From an uncultured Gemmatimonadota bacterium (GTDB lineage: Bacteria > SM23-81), in assembly GCA_964584035.1 (NCBI GenBank), contig CAZOYL010000039.1:1-19602 (forward strand): 19,602 nucleotides of DNA, in the 5' to 3' direction. Both the position numbers and the translations under genes were made by a program. The notes beneath the pieces were generated by a model that searched no databases, was not told the DNA's origin, and saw only the letters and a program-made list of their open reading frames with translations. Every line of letters starts with the position of its first letter. Position 1 is the stretch's first letter. Shown piece after piece: positions 8,393-16,558 of this stretch.

Positions 8393-8551
8393 ATGACCTC
8401 ACCTTGTTTCCAGCGGACCATTTCCTGGCGCGGGATCGGCCAGGCAGGGCCGGCCGGCAGCTCTCACGGCGGCTACGGGTATTATTATATCTACGGCTAT
8501 CGATATAAAGAGCTGCAGAAGCCGCCGAAAGGGAAAGAGGTGTCTGAGTGA
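8393..8551 (+). CDS. Tyrosine-rich leader peptide (putative attenuator peptide)
   Basis: MTSPCFQRTISWRGIGQAGPAGSSHGGYGYYYIYGYRYKELQKPPKGKEVSE*, with 7 Tyr in 11 codons (8474-8506). AGGGGT lies just upstream of the ATG; an alternative in-frame GTG is at 8369. The ORF sits between the promoter and a terminator, upstream of tyrA. Confidence 0.8.
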   Translation: MTSPCFQRTISWRGIGQAGPAGSSHGGYGYYYIYGYRYKELQKPPKGKEVSE

Positions 8552-8617
8552 ACGGCTGAAACCAAGCCAAGCGACCACATGAGACCCGCCTCCATTTTCG
8601 GAGGCGGGTTTTTTATT
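8467..8617 (+). promoter_or_regulatory. Transcription attenuator (protector / antiterminator / terminator)
   Basis: Helix 1:2 is CGGCGGCT(8467-74)/AGCCGCCG(8520-27). Helix 2:3 is GCCgCCGAAA(8521-30)/TTTCGGaGGC(8596-8605) plus GAGGTGTCT(8537-45)/AGAccCGCCTC(8582-92). Helix 3:4 is the terminator. Confidence 0.75.
8581..8617 (+). terminator. Intrinsic terminator (attenuator) upstream of tyrA
   Basis: Perfect 10-bp stem ACCCGCCTCC(8584-93)/GGAGGCGGGT(8600-09), loop ATTTTC, then TTTTTATT, ending about 30 nt before the tyrA start. Confidence 0.9.
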
Positions 8618-8645
8618 CTGTGATTATTCCAGAGAGGATCTCGAA

Positions 8646-9779
8646 ATGAACCGGCTGCAAAAATGGAGAACCGATATCGGTCACATCGATGAACAACTGA
8701 TCGAACTGATCGCCCGGCGTCTGGAGCTGGCCGAAAAGATCGGATTGGAGAAAAGGCTTGCCAACAGCCCCATCCGTGACTGGAGCGTTGAAAAGGACGT
8801 CATCGACCGGGCCCGACGGCGGGCTGAAGGCTTAGGGGTGCCGGCCAGCCTGGTGACCGCCGTTATGACGCAGCTGATCAGGGAAGCCTGCGCCCGTCAG
8901 GAAGTACTGCCTCAGGTCGAGGAAGACATTTCCTCCGAACGGGTTCTAATTATTGGAGGAAAGGGGAGAATGGGAAGCTGGTTGGCCCGCTTTTTTCGCA
9001 ATCAGGGGCGTGAGGTGGCCATCACCGACCCGGCCGGTCCTCTGTCCGGGTTTCAGTCCTTTGAGGATCTTAACGCGGCCTGCCCGTGGGCCAGCCTGAT
9101 CCTGATGGCCACGCCACTGGCAACCAGTCCCGGGATCTACCGCAAGCTAATAGAATATCGGCCCGGAGGAGTGATCTGCGACATCGCCAGCATCAAGAAC
9201 GGACTGCTGGAGGGCATCGCAGGGGCCAGGAAAGCCGGTCTGAGAGTGACCAGCATACATCCCCTGTTCGGTCCGGACACCCGAGTGCTGTCCGATAAGG
9301 TTATCTGCCTGTGTGACTGCGGAGATCGGACCTCCCTGGAGACGATGCGTCAGCTGATGGGAGAAACCTCCGCCAGGCTGGTCGAAATGCCCATCGAGCA
9401 CCACGACCGGCTGATGTCCTGCATTTTAGGATTGTCGCACCTGGTCAACATTATCTTTGCCCGGACCTTGACCGGCAGCGGACTGAGCTATGAAGAGCTC
9501 TTGCAGGTGGCCAGCACCACCTTTCTCCGCCAGATGGACACTACTCGATCGGTGATCACTGAGAGCCCCGATCTCTATTACGAGATTCAAAGGGCCAATC
9601 CCCATTCGGCGGAGTTGTTTGAGAAACTGAAAGCCGCTGTCAAGGACATCACCGGGATGATCACCTCTGAAGATCTGGAAGGATTCCGGACGATCATGAA
9701 TCAGGGCCGGGAATATCTGGGCCGAGCCGAACCGGGCGGACCGGATCGACCCGGCGGGCAGGGGGAGGGGCGGCCATGA
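8646..9779 (+). CDS. tyrA: Bifunctional chorismate mutase (AroQ-type) / prephenate dehydrogenase
   Basis: N-terminal CM domain (R.DI..IDEQLIELIARR..LA.KIG..K...PIRD..VEK). PDH domain with IIGGKGRMG Rossmann motif, DIASIK, catalytic SIHPLFGP and HDRLMS.ILGLSH. SD AGAGGA. Confidence 0.9.
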   Translation: MNRLQKWRTDIGHIDEQLIELIARRLELAEKIGLEKRLANSPIRDWSVEKDVIDRARRRAEGLGVPASLVTAVMTQLIREACARQEVLPQVEEDISSERVLIIGGKGRMGSWLARFFRNQGREVAITDPAGPLSGFQSFEDLNAACPWASLILMATPLATSPGIYRKLIEYRPGGVICDIASIKNGLLEGIAGARKAGLRVTSIHPLFGPDTRVLSDKVICLCDCGDRTSLETMRQLMGETSARLVEMPIEHHDRLMSCILGLSHLVNIIFARTLTGSGLSYEELLQVASTTFLRQMDTTRSVITESPDLYYEIQRANPHSAELFEKLKAAVKDITGMITSEDLEGFRTIMNQGREYLGRAEPGGPDRPGGQGEGRP

Positions 9780-10645
9780 GGATGCGGATCGGAACCGAGA
9801 CCCGGCTGGCGGCTCTCTACGGCCATCCGGTGTCGCACAGCCTGTCTCCTGTTATACAGAACGCCGCTTTCAATGAATTGAATATGAATGTGATATATCT
9901 CTCGCTTGATGTATTACATGATGTATTGCCTGCGGCTGTGGAGGCGGCCAGAGGACTCAACTTTTTGGGTTTCAATGTTACCCATCCGCATAAGAAAGCG
10001 GTGATGGCCCATCTGGACCGGATCGACCCGCTGGCAGACCGGATCGGAGCGGTCAATACCGTGGTCAACGAGAAGGACGTTTTGACCGGATACAATACCG
10101 ATGGAGACGGTTTCCTGAAATCCCTACGTGAGGATTATGAATTTCAACCTCGAGGCAAGAGAATCGTGCTCCTGGGAGTCGGAGGCGCCGGCAGAGCCAT
10201 CAGCTGGGCATTGAGCCCTCACAGCCCGGAAAAACTGACCGTGGTCAACAGAACGATCGGCCGGGCCAGGAAATGGGCGCAGAAGATCTCGGCCCAGGCG
10301 CTGGCCTGGAAAGATCCTCAGGTCCAACGGGAGATCGCGCAGGCTCATCTGGTGATCAACGCCGCCACGGTGCCGCTGGAGGTGGATGTTGAGCTGATAC
10401 CCGAGGGGGCTCTGGTTTACGACATCGTCTATGATCAGGACCGGCCCGGACTGGTAGAAAAAATTCAAAGCCGGGGGGTCCGCTGGGCCGACGGACGCAG
10501 CCTGCTGCTGCATCAGGGGGCCCTGGCCTTTGAGCTGTGGACAGGACGGCCGGCCCCTCTGGAGGTCATGCGTCAAGCGCTGAAGGATGCCGCCGGACGC
10601 AGGATCATTTCCGGGAACCAGGAACAGGGGGAAGAGCGATGCTGA
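9776..10645 (+). CDS. aroE: Shikimate dehydrogenase
   Basis: [67 protein letters not shown] overlap with tyrA. Confidence 0.95.
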   Translation: MRMRIGTETRLAALYGHPVSHSLSPVIQNAAFNELNMNVIYLSLDVLHDVLPAAVEAARGLNFLGFNVTHPHKKAVMAHLDRIDPLADRIGAVNTVVNEKDVLTGYNTDGDGFLKSLREDYEFQPRGKRIVLLGVGGAGRAISWALSPHSPEKLTVVNRTIGRARKWAQKISAQALAWKDPQVQREIAQAHLVINAATVPLEVDVELIPEGALVYDIVYDQDRPGLVEKIQSRGVRWADGRSLLLHQGALAFELWTGRPAPLEVMRQALKDAAGRRIISGNQEQGEERC

Positions 10646-11793
10646 GATTTTTAACGGCCGGGGAATCGCACGGACAGGCTTTGACGGCCATACTGGAAGG
10701 TCTGCCGGCCGGCCTTGAGCTGGCGGCCGAGGACATCGATCGCCAGCTGAGGCGCCGCCAGAGTGGCTACGGCCGGGGAGCGCGGATGAAGATCGAGTCG
10801 GACCGTGTCCGCATCCTCTCCGGGGTTCGTTTCGGAAAGACTCTGGGCAGCCCCCTGGCCCTGCTGATCGAGAACCGGGACTGGAAGAACTGGCAGGAGC
10901 AGATGAGCACGGAAAAGCCGGCATCGCCGTCAGAGCGGGTTACCTGCCCCCGGCCGGGACATGCCGACCTGCCCGGCTGCCTGAAGTATGGGCACCAGGA
11001 CGTCCGCAATGTCCTGGAGCGGGCCAGCGCCCGGGAGACGGCCGCCAGGACGGCCGTGGGCGCGGTGGCCGGAACGCTGCTGGAGATATTCGGCATCGCC
11101 GTAGGCAGCCACGTCATTCGGATCGGATCGGTCACCGCCGATGTTTCCGGCACACCCTGGAAGAAGGTTCGGGAGCGGTCCGCGAAGTCTCCCGTCGGCT
11201 GCGCCGACTCTCAGGCAGAGGCCAACATGATGGCCGAGATAGACCGGGCTCGGGCTCAGGGCGATACCCTGGGCGGAATCTGCCAGGTTCGGGTTAACGG
11301 ATGCCCGCCGGGATTGGGCAGTCACGTTCACTGGGACCAGCGTCTGGATGCCAGATTGTCCGCCGGCCTGATGTCCATTCCGGGCGTCAAGGGGGTCGAG
11401 ATCGGCCTGGGATTCGCGGCGGCCGGCAGGCCGGGATCGGATGTCCAGGATGAGATCGGGCACGACGGCCGTATCTTTTCCCGAAGGACCAATCGGGCCG
11501 GGGGCATCGAGGGGGGTATCTCCAACGGGGAGGACATCGTCCTCCGGGCGGCTATGAAGCCCCTGCCGACCCTGGGCCGGCCGCTGGGCACGGTCGATAT
11601 GGACACCAAGGAGCCCTCCCGGGCGGTCAGGGAACGATCCGATGTCTGCGCCGTACCGGCCCTGGCCGTGATCGCCGAGGCCGTCACGGCCTTCGAGATC
11701 GCCCGGGCCCTGTGCGAGAAACTGGGCGGAGACAGTCTAATGGAGATGAAGCGTAATTTCAGAGGCTACCTGGAACAGATCGAAAGGACCTGA
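10639..11793 (+). CDS. aroC: Chorismate synthase
   Basis: Starts [12 protein letters not shown] at ATG 10639, not at the ORF-track start. [58 protein letters not shown]. Confidence 0.97.
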   Translation: MLRFLTAGESHGQALTAILEGLPAGLELAAEDIDRQLRRRQSGYGRGARMKIESDRVRILSGVRFGKTLGSPLALLIENRDWKNWQEQMSTEKPASPSERVTCPRPGHADLPGCLKYGHQDVRNVLERASARETAARTAVGAVAGTLLEIFGIAVGSHVIRIGSVTADVSGTPWKKVRERSAKSPVGCADSQAEANMMAEIDRARAQGDTLGGICQVRVNGCPPGLGSHVHWDQRLDARLSAGLMSIPGVKGVEIGLGFAAAGRPGSDVQDEIGHDGRIFSRRTNRAGGIEGGISNGEDIVLRAAMKPLPTLGRPLGTVDMDTKEPSRAVRERSDVCAVPALAVIAEAVTAFEIARALCEKLGGDSLMEMKRNFRGYLEQIERT

Positions 11794-11798
11794 TCGAT

Positions 11799-12314
11799 AT
11801 GCCCGCCATCATCCTGATCGGCTTCATGGGCACCGGAAAGACGGCCGTCGGCCGAAGGCTGTCCGAACGTCTGGATCGGGAGTTCATCGATCTGGACGCC
11901 GTCATCGAGCAGCAGGAGGGTATGACTATCGAAAAAATCTTCTGTAGGCATGGCGAGCCGTACTTTCGTGCGCTGGAGAAAAGAGCGGTGGCCGAACTCA
12001 GCAAGCGCCGGAACACGGTAGTGGCCGCAGGCGGAGGGGTGGTGTTAGACCGGGAAAATGTCAGGAATCTTCAGAAGCTGGGCAAACTGGTCCATCTCAC
12101 AACTCGCCCCGAGGTCATCGCCGAGCGCATCTCCGGCCAGCATCATCGACCGCTGATAGAGGTGGAAGACCGCCGGAGGCGCATCGAGGAGATGATGGCT
12201 GTCCGGCTGCCTTTTTATGCCGTCGCCGATGTGGATATCGACACATCGGATCTGTCGGTTGAAGAAATCGCGGAAAGGATCATCGACCGTTTAGAGGAGT
12301 CCTCTCATGGATGA
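11799..12314 (+). CDS. aroK: Shikimate kinase
   Basis: LIGFMGTGKTAVG P-loop, DLD, GE.YFR..E, GGGVV, RPL. Confidence 0.96.
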   Translation: MPAIILIGFMGTGKTAVGRRLSERLDREFIDLDAVIEQQEGMTIEKIFCRHGEPYFRALEKRAVAELSKRRNTVVAAGGGVVLDRENVRNLQKLGKLVHLTTRPEVIAERISGQHHRPLIEVEDRRRRIEEMMAVRLPFYAVADVDIDTSDLSVEEIAERIIDRLEESSHG

Positions 12315-13389
12315 GGTGACCGTCGATCTGGGCCCAAGGAGTTATCCGGTGCTCATCGGCCGGGATCTGCTCAGCCGCGCCGGGCGGCTGCTGAAGGGAA
12401 GAATCGGGCCCGGAAAGGTCCTGGTGATTACCAATCCGATGGTGGGAGCTCTCTACCTGGACCCTCTCTGCCGGGGGCTGCGGGATCACGGATACGAGGT
12501 GTTCTCCACTCAGGTTCCGGATGGCGAGAAACATAAGACCCTGCGATGGGCCTCCCGGCTGTACGACGTGCTCTTCGAGCACGGACTGGACCGCAGCTCC
12601 GCCGTGGTGGCCCTGGGAGGCGGCGTCATCGGCGATCTGGCCGGCTTCACGGCCGCCACCTACAAACGAGGCCTGCATCTGGTCCAGGCGCCGACCACTC
12701 TGCTGGCCCAGGTCGACGCCGCAGTGGGTGGGAAGGTAGGGGTGGATCATCCCCGGGGGAAGAACATGATCGGCACCTTCTATCAGCCCGATGCCGTCCT
12801 GTCCGACCTGGAGGTGCTCAGGACGCTGGCCCCGCGACAGAGGCGTGCCGGGCTGGCCGAGGTGATCAAGTATGGCGTCATTGCCGATGGCGAGTTCTTT
12901 CATTATCTGGAGCAGCACCTGGCTGAGCTTTTGAAGTGTGATCCCGGGGCCATGCAGACGGCCGTGAAACGTTCCTGCCAGATCAAGGCCCGGGTGGCGG
13001 CCGCCGATGAGCGGGAAAGGGGAGAGCGGGCTATTCTCAATTTCGGTCACACCCTGGGCCATGCCATCGAGGCGGCAACGGGATACCGGACCTACCGGCA
13101 CGGCGAGGCGGTGGCCATCGGCATGGCTTATGCCGCCGAGATCGCCGTCAGGATGAGCCTGACGGATGATGAGACCCGCCGGAGGCTGGTTGCTCTGCTG
13201 AAGGCCGCCGGGCTGCCGACCGAGGATCCGAAGGCCGATGGAGAGACGGTCATGGAATTCATGCGGCATGATAAAAAGATGTGCAGCGGCCGGGTCCGGT
13301 TCGTGCTGCCCAGGGCGATCGGCCGCGTGGAGATGTTCGACGACGTTCCGGAACCGCTGATTCACCGGATTCTCAAGGAGCACCGATGA
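12307..13389 (+). CDS. aroB: 3-dehydroquinate synthase
   Basis: [70 protein letters not shown]. Confidence 0.97.
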   Translation: MDEVTVDLGPRSYPVLIGRDLLSRAGRLLKGRIGPGKVLVITNPMVGALYLDPLCRGLRDHGYEVFSTQVPDGEKHKTLRWASRLYDVLFEHGLDRSSAVVALGGGVIGDLAGFTAATYKRGLHLVQAPTTLLAQVDAAVGGKVGVDHPRGKNMIGTFYQPDAVLSDLEVLRTLAPRQRRAGLAEVIKYGVIADGEFFHYLEQHLAELLKCDPGAMQTAVKRSCQIKARVAAADERERGERAILNFGHTLGHAIEAATGYRTYRHGEAVAIGMAYAAEIAVRMSLTDDETRRRLVALLKAAGLPTEDPKADGETVMEFMRHDKKMCSGRVRFVLPRAIGRVEMFDDVPEPLIHRILKEHR

Positions 13390-13835
13390 TGACAAAGATA
13401 CTGATTTTGCACGGACCCAACCTGAATCTGCTGGGCCTGCGGGAGCCTGAGATTTACGGCCGGGCGACCCTGGCCGAGATCGACGGACAATTGACCGAGT
13501 TGGCGGAAAGAGAGGGCGTTGAGGTGACCATCGTGCAGTCCAATCACGAGGGCGATCTGATCGACGCCATCGGACAGGCGCGTCAGTGGGCCGATGGCAT
13601 CCTGATCAATCCTGCGGGCTACACCCACACCAGCGTAGCCATCCGCGATGCCGTCGCCGCCGCGGGACTGCCGGTCGTGGAGGTGCACCTGTCCAATATC
13701 TTCGCCCGGGAGAAGTTCCGCAGCCGGTCTATGATCGCGCCGGCGGCCACCGGGCAGATCTGCGGGTTCGGGACCGACAGCTATCTGCTCGGGCTGCGGG
13801 CGCTGCTGTCAGAAATACAAAAGGGAAAAGGGTAG
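13386..13835 (+). CDS. aroQ: Type II 3-dehydroquinate dehydratase
   Basis: [56 protein letters not shown] 13386 overlaps the aroB stop. Confidence 0.97.
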   Translation: MMTKILILHGPNLNLLGLREPEIYGRATLAEIDGQLTELAEREGVEVTIVQSNHEGDLIDAIGQARQWADGILINPAGYTHTSVAIRDAVAAAGLPVVEVHLSNIFAREKFRSRSMIAPAATGQICGFGTDSYLLGLRALLSEIQKGKG

Positions 13836-13866
13836 ATTCCATTCCTAACCGAAAGGATGATCAATT

Positions 13867-14913
13867 ATGCTCATCGTCATGAATGCCAATGCCACCGAGG
13901 ACCAGATCGAAAGGGTCTGCCGGCAGATCAAGGAACTGGGGCTGAGCCCGCATCCGACGCCGGGACTGGAGCGTATGGCCATTCCGGTCACCGGAAAAAC
14001 GGAGTCTATAGACCCGGTGCAGGTCGAGCTTTTGCCGGGGGTCATGAAGGTGGTCCGGGTCGGTAAGCCTTACAAGCTGGTGGCTCGCGAATTCCAGCCG
14101 GAGGACACGGTCATCAATCTGAACGGCACCACCATCGGAGGAGAACAGTTAGTGGTCATGGCCGGTCCCTGCGCGGTGGAATCGCGTCAACAGCTCCTGG
14201 AGATCGCCCATGCGGTCAAGGAAGGGGGCGCCTCCGTGCTGCGAGGAGGAGCTTTCAAGCCGCGGACTTCCCCTTATAGCTTTCAGGGAATGGGCGAACT
14301 GGGACTGGAGATCCTGGCCGAGGCGCGCCAGGAGACCGGCCTGCTGGTGGTCACCGAGACGATCGACGCGGAGAATGTTGCTCTGGTCGAACAGTATGCC
14401 GACATCCTCCAGGTAGGCGCCCGCAACATGCAGAACTTCACGCTGCTGAAACGGCTGGGCCAGTCGAGGAAACCGGTCCTGCTGAAGCGGGGCATCTCGG
14501 CCACCATCGAGGAGTTCCTCCAGGCCGCCGAGTATCTCCTGTCCGAGGGCAACGACCGGGTCATCCTCTGTGAGCGCGGCGTGCGAACCTTTAACAGCTA
14601 CACTCGCTTCACCCTGGATATCAGCACCATCCCGGAGGTCAAGAGAATCAGCCATCTGCCCGTCATCGCCGATCCCAGCCACGGCACCGGCCGCTACCGC
14701 ATGGTGGCCCCCATGGCCAGAGCAGCCATCGCGGCCGGCGCGGACGGCGTTATCGTTGAGGTTCATACCCATCCAGGAGAGGCCCTTTCAGACGGGTCCC
14801 AGTCGCTGACCCCGGAAAATTTCCGGAAACTGATGTCCCAGATCGGCAAGGTCGGACGAGCCGTCGAGCGGGAGCTGACCGGACAGAAGGGATTCCGGGA
14901 GCACCATGGATAA
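13867..14913 (+). CDS. aroF: DAHP synthase type I-beta with N-terminal ACT-like regulatory domain
   Basis: An extension of about 65 aa, then KPYKLV.RE, AGPCAVES, RGGAFKPRTSPYSFQG, QVGARNMQNF, ILCERG, DPSHGTG, EVH.HP..ALSDG.QSL. Confidence 0.95.
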   Translation: MLIVMNANATEDQIERVCRQIKELGLSPHPTPGLERMAIPVTGKTESIDPVQVELLPGVMKVVRVGKPYKLVAREFQPEDTVINLNGTTIGGEQLVVMAGPCAVESRQQLLEIAHAVKEGGASVLRGGAFKPRTSPYSFQGMGELGLEILAEARQETGLLVVTETIDAENVALVEQYADILQVGARNMQNFTLLKRLGQSRKPVLLKRGISATIEEFLQAAEYLLSEGNDRVILCERGVRTFNSYTRFTLDISTIPEVKRISHLPVIADPSHGTGRYRMVAPMARAAIAAGADGVIVEVHTHPGEALSDGSQSLTPENFRKLMSQIGKVGRAVERELTGQKGFREHHG

Positions 14914-16192
14914 GATTCTCCAAAGAACGCGATCGCTCTCCGGAAGGATAACCGTGCCGGGAGATAAGTCGATTGCCCACCGGGCCGTCATGCTGGGCGG
15001 AATCTCCCGGGGACGGAGCCTGGTGAGCAATTTCCCTTTCTCGAGGGATTGTCTCAGCACGATCCGTTGCTTGACGTCTCTGGGCGTGACGATCGATCAG
15101 ATCGATGAAGGCGTTCTGAGGATCGACGGACAGGGCCTGAGGGGCCTCAAACCGCCCCGGAGTTCTCTCGACGCCGGCAACTCCGGGACGACCCTGCGCC
15201 TGCTCAGCGGCCTGCTGGCCGGACAGACCTTCGCGGTCACTCTGACCGGAGACGATTCACTGAGAAGGCGTCCTATGCGGCGGATCATCGAGCCGCTGCG
15301 GTCCATGGGCGCCGAAATCTCGGGCGCCGGCGGGGACCGGTTCGCACCTCTGCGTATCCGGGGCAGACGGCTGAGGCCGATCGACTATACTCTGCCGGTG
15401 GCCAGCGCTCAGCTCAAGTCGGCTCTGCTGCTGGCCGGGCTCTATGCCGACGGCAGGACCACGGTGCGGGCGCCGGTGACCTGCCGGGACCACACCGAGC
15501 GGATGCTGATCCATCGCGGAGCCGAGCTGAACGTCTCTGGCGATGTCATCACCATCCAGGGTGGGGGAGAGTTGAAGGCCCTTGATAGTGTAATTCCTGG
15601 AGATCTCTCGTCAGCAGCCTATTTTCTCACGGCTGCTATCCTGGTTCCAGCTTCCCGACTGACGGTCGAGGGTGTGGGCGTCAACCCGACCCGCACCGGC
15701 CTGCTGAAGGTTCTGAATGACATGGGTGCCGGGATCTCTCTGTCAGGAGACCGTATGGTCGGCAACGAGCCAGTGACCGATCTCTCGATCCGCTCCGGCG
15801 AGCTGTCGGCGGTCGAGGTTTCCGGATCGATCGTTCCTTCGTTGGTCGATGAACTGCCCGTTCTGGCCGTGGCGGCCACTCAGGCGCAAGGAACAACCAT
15901 CGTCAGAAATGCGGCAGAGCTGCGAGTCAAGGAGAGCGACCGAATCGCAGCCATGGCTGATGAGCTGCGTAAGATGGGCGCCAGGATCGAGGAAACGAAG
16001 GACGGCTGGATTATCGAGGGGTCGACACCACTGCACGGAGCCTGGGTCAACAGCCATGGGGATCACCGGGTGGCCATGGCCCTGGCGGTGGCCGCCCTGG
16101 TGGCTGAGGGGGAGACGTGTATCAGGAGCGCGGAGTCGGTGGAAGTGTCCTTTCCGGGCTTCTGGGAGATGTTCGAAAGGATATACCGTTAG
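14906..16192 (+). CDS. aroA: 3-phosphoshikimate 1-carboxyvinyltransferase (EPSP synthase)
   Basis: VPGDKSIAHRA, DAGNSGTT.RL, GDDSLRRRPM.R, ASAQLKSA, RDHTERML, PGDLSSAA, ELRVKESDRI, DHRVAMA. Confidence 0.97.
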   Translation: MDKILQRTRSLSGRITVPGDKSIAHRAVMLGGISRGRSLVSNFPFSRDCLSTIRCLTSLGVTIDQIDEGVLRIDGQGLRGLKPPRSSLDAGNSGTTLRLLSGLLAGQTFAVTLTGDDSLRRRPMRRIIEPLRSMGAEISGAGGDRFAPLRIRGRRLRPIDYTLPVASAQLKSALLLAGLYADGRTTVRAPVTCRDHTERMLIHRGAELNVSGDVITIQGGGELKALDSVIPGDLSSAAYFLTAAILVPASRLTVEGVGVNPTRTGLLKVLNDMGAGISLSGDRMVGNEPVTDLSIRSGELSAVEVSGSIVPSLVDELPVLAVAATQAQGTTIVRNAAELRVKESDRIAAMADELRKMGARIEETKDGWIIEGSTPLHGAWVNSHGDHRVAMALAVAALVAEGETCIRSAESVEVSFPGFWEMFERIYR

Positions 16193-16303
16193 GATCTCTC
16201 GGAGCTTACTAGAACACAATGTGTTATGAGAGATAGACCTCCCTTCTGTGTGCGATATGTAAAGGAATCATCTCTGGAATCCAAGCTTTGGCATCCGCTA
16301 ATT

Positions 16304-16338
16304 AAAGGGGCTATGTTTTTCATAGCCCCTTTTTATTT
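16304..16338 (+). terminator. Intrinsic terminator ending the aro operon
   Basis: Perfect stem AAAGGGGCTATG / CATAGCCCCTTT with a TTTTT loop, followed by TTATTT. Confidence 0.9.
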
Positions 16339-16389
16339 GGCTCGATAAGTTAAAGGGAATAATTATAAAGCACACAAGAAAAAATTCCC

Positions 16390-16418
16390 TTGACAATTTT
16401 CGTCAGGTATGATAAAAT
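16390..16418 (+). promoter_or_regulatory. Sigma70 promoter for the outer-membrane receptor-like gene
   Basis: TTGACA (16390-95), a 17-nt spacer ending TGA (extended -10), then TAAAAT (16413-18). An A-tract (UP-like) lies upstream. Confidence 0.85.
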
Positions 16419-16558
16419 GTCCCCAAGAAGAGAAGTATAACAATTTTCATCGGAAATTGAGAAGCCAGATAAGCATGCATCGGTGAACCTTTCGGAAACC
16501 ACCCACAGCTCTTAAATGGTTGTGGGATATTTTATTCACTCACCATACTCTCCTCCTC

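Noticed and set aside
8320..8508. Alternative 62-aa ORF in the aro leader
   Set aside because: Its TTG is the -35 hexamer, upstream of the predicted transcription start. The Tyr-rich frame is the meaningful one.
8350..8617. T-box riboswitch as the explanation for the aro leader
   Set aside because: There is no T-box consensus (AAGGTGG-ACC-like) before the terminator and no recognisable stem I motifs. An in-frame Tyr codon cluster explains the region better.
10537..10638. N-terminal extensions of aroC, acyP (7315) and aroQ (13281) in the ORF track
   Set aside because: Family-typical N-termini begin at 10639, 7393 and 13386 respectively, each coupled to the upstream stop codon.
16460..16480. 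AAGCCAGA resembling a cobalamin riboswitch B12 box upstream of the receptor-like gene
   Set aside because: The upstream conserved core (GGGAA, GGTG-AA-TCC, CCC-C-ACTGT) is missing, and there is too little room after the predicted transcription start. No Fur box was seen either.
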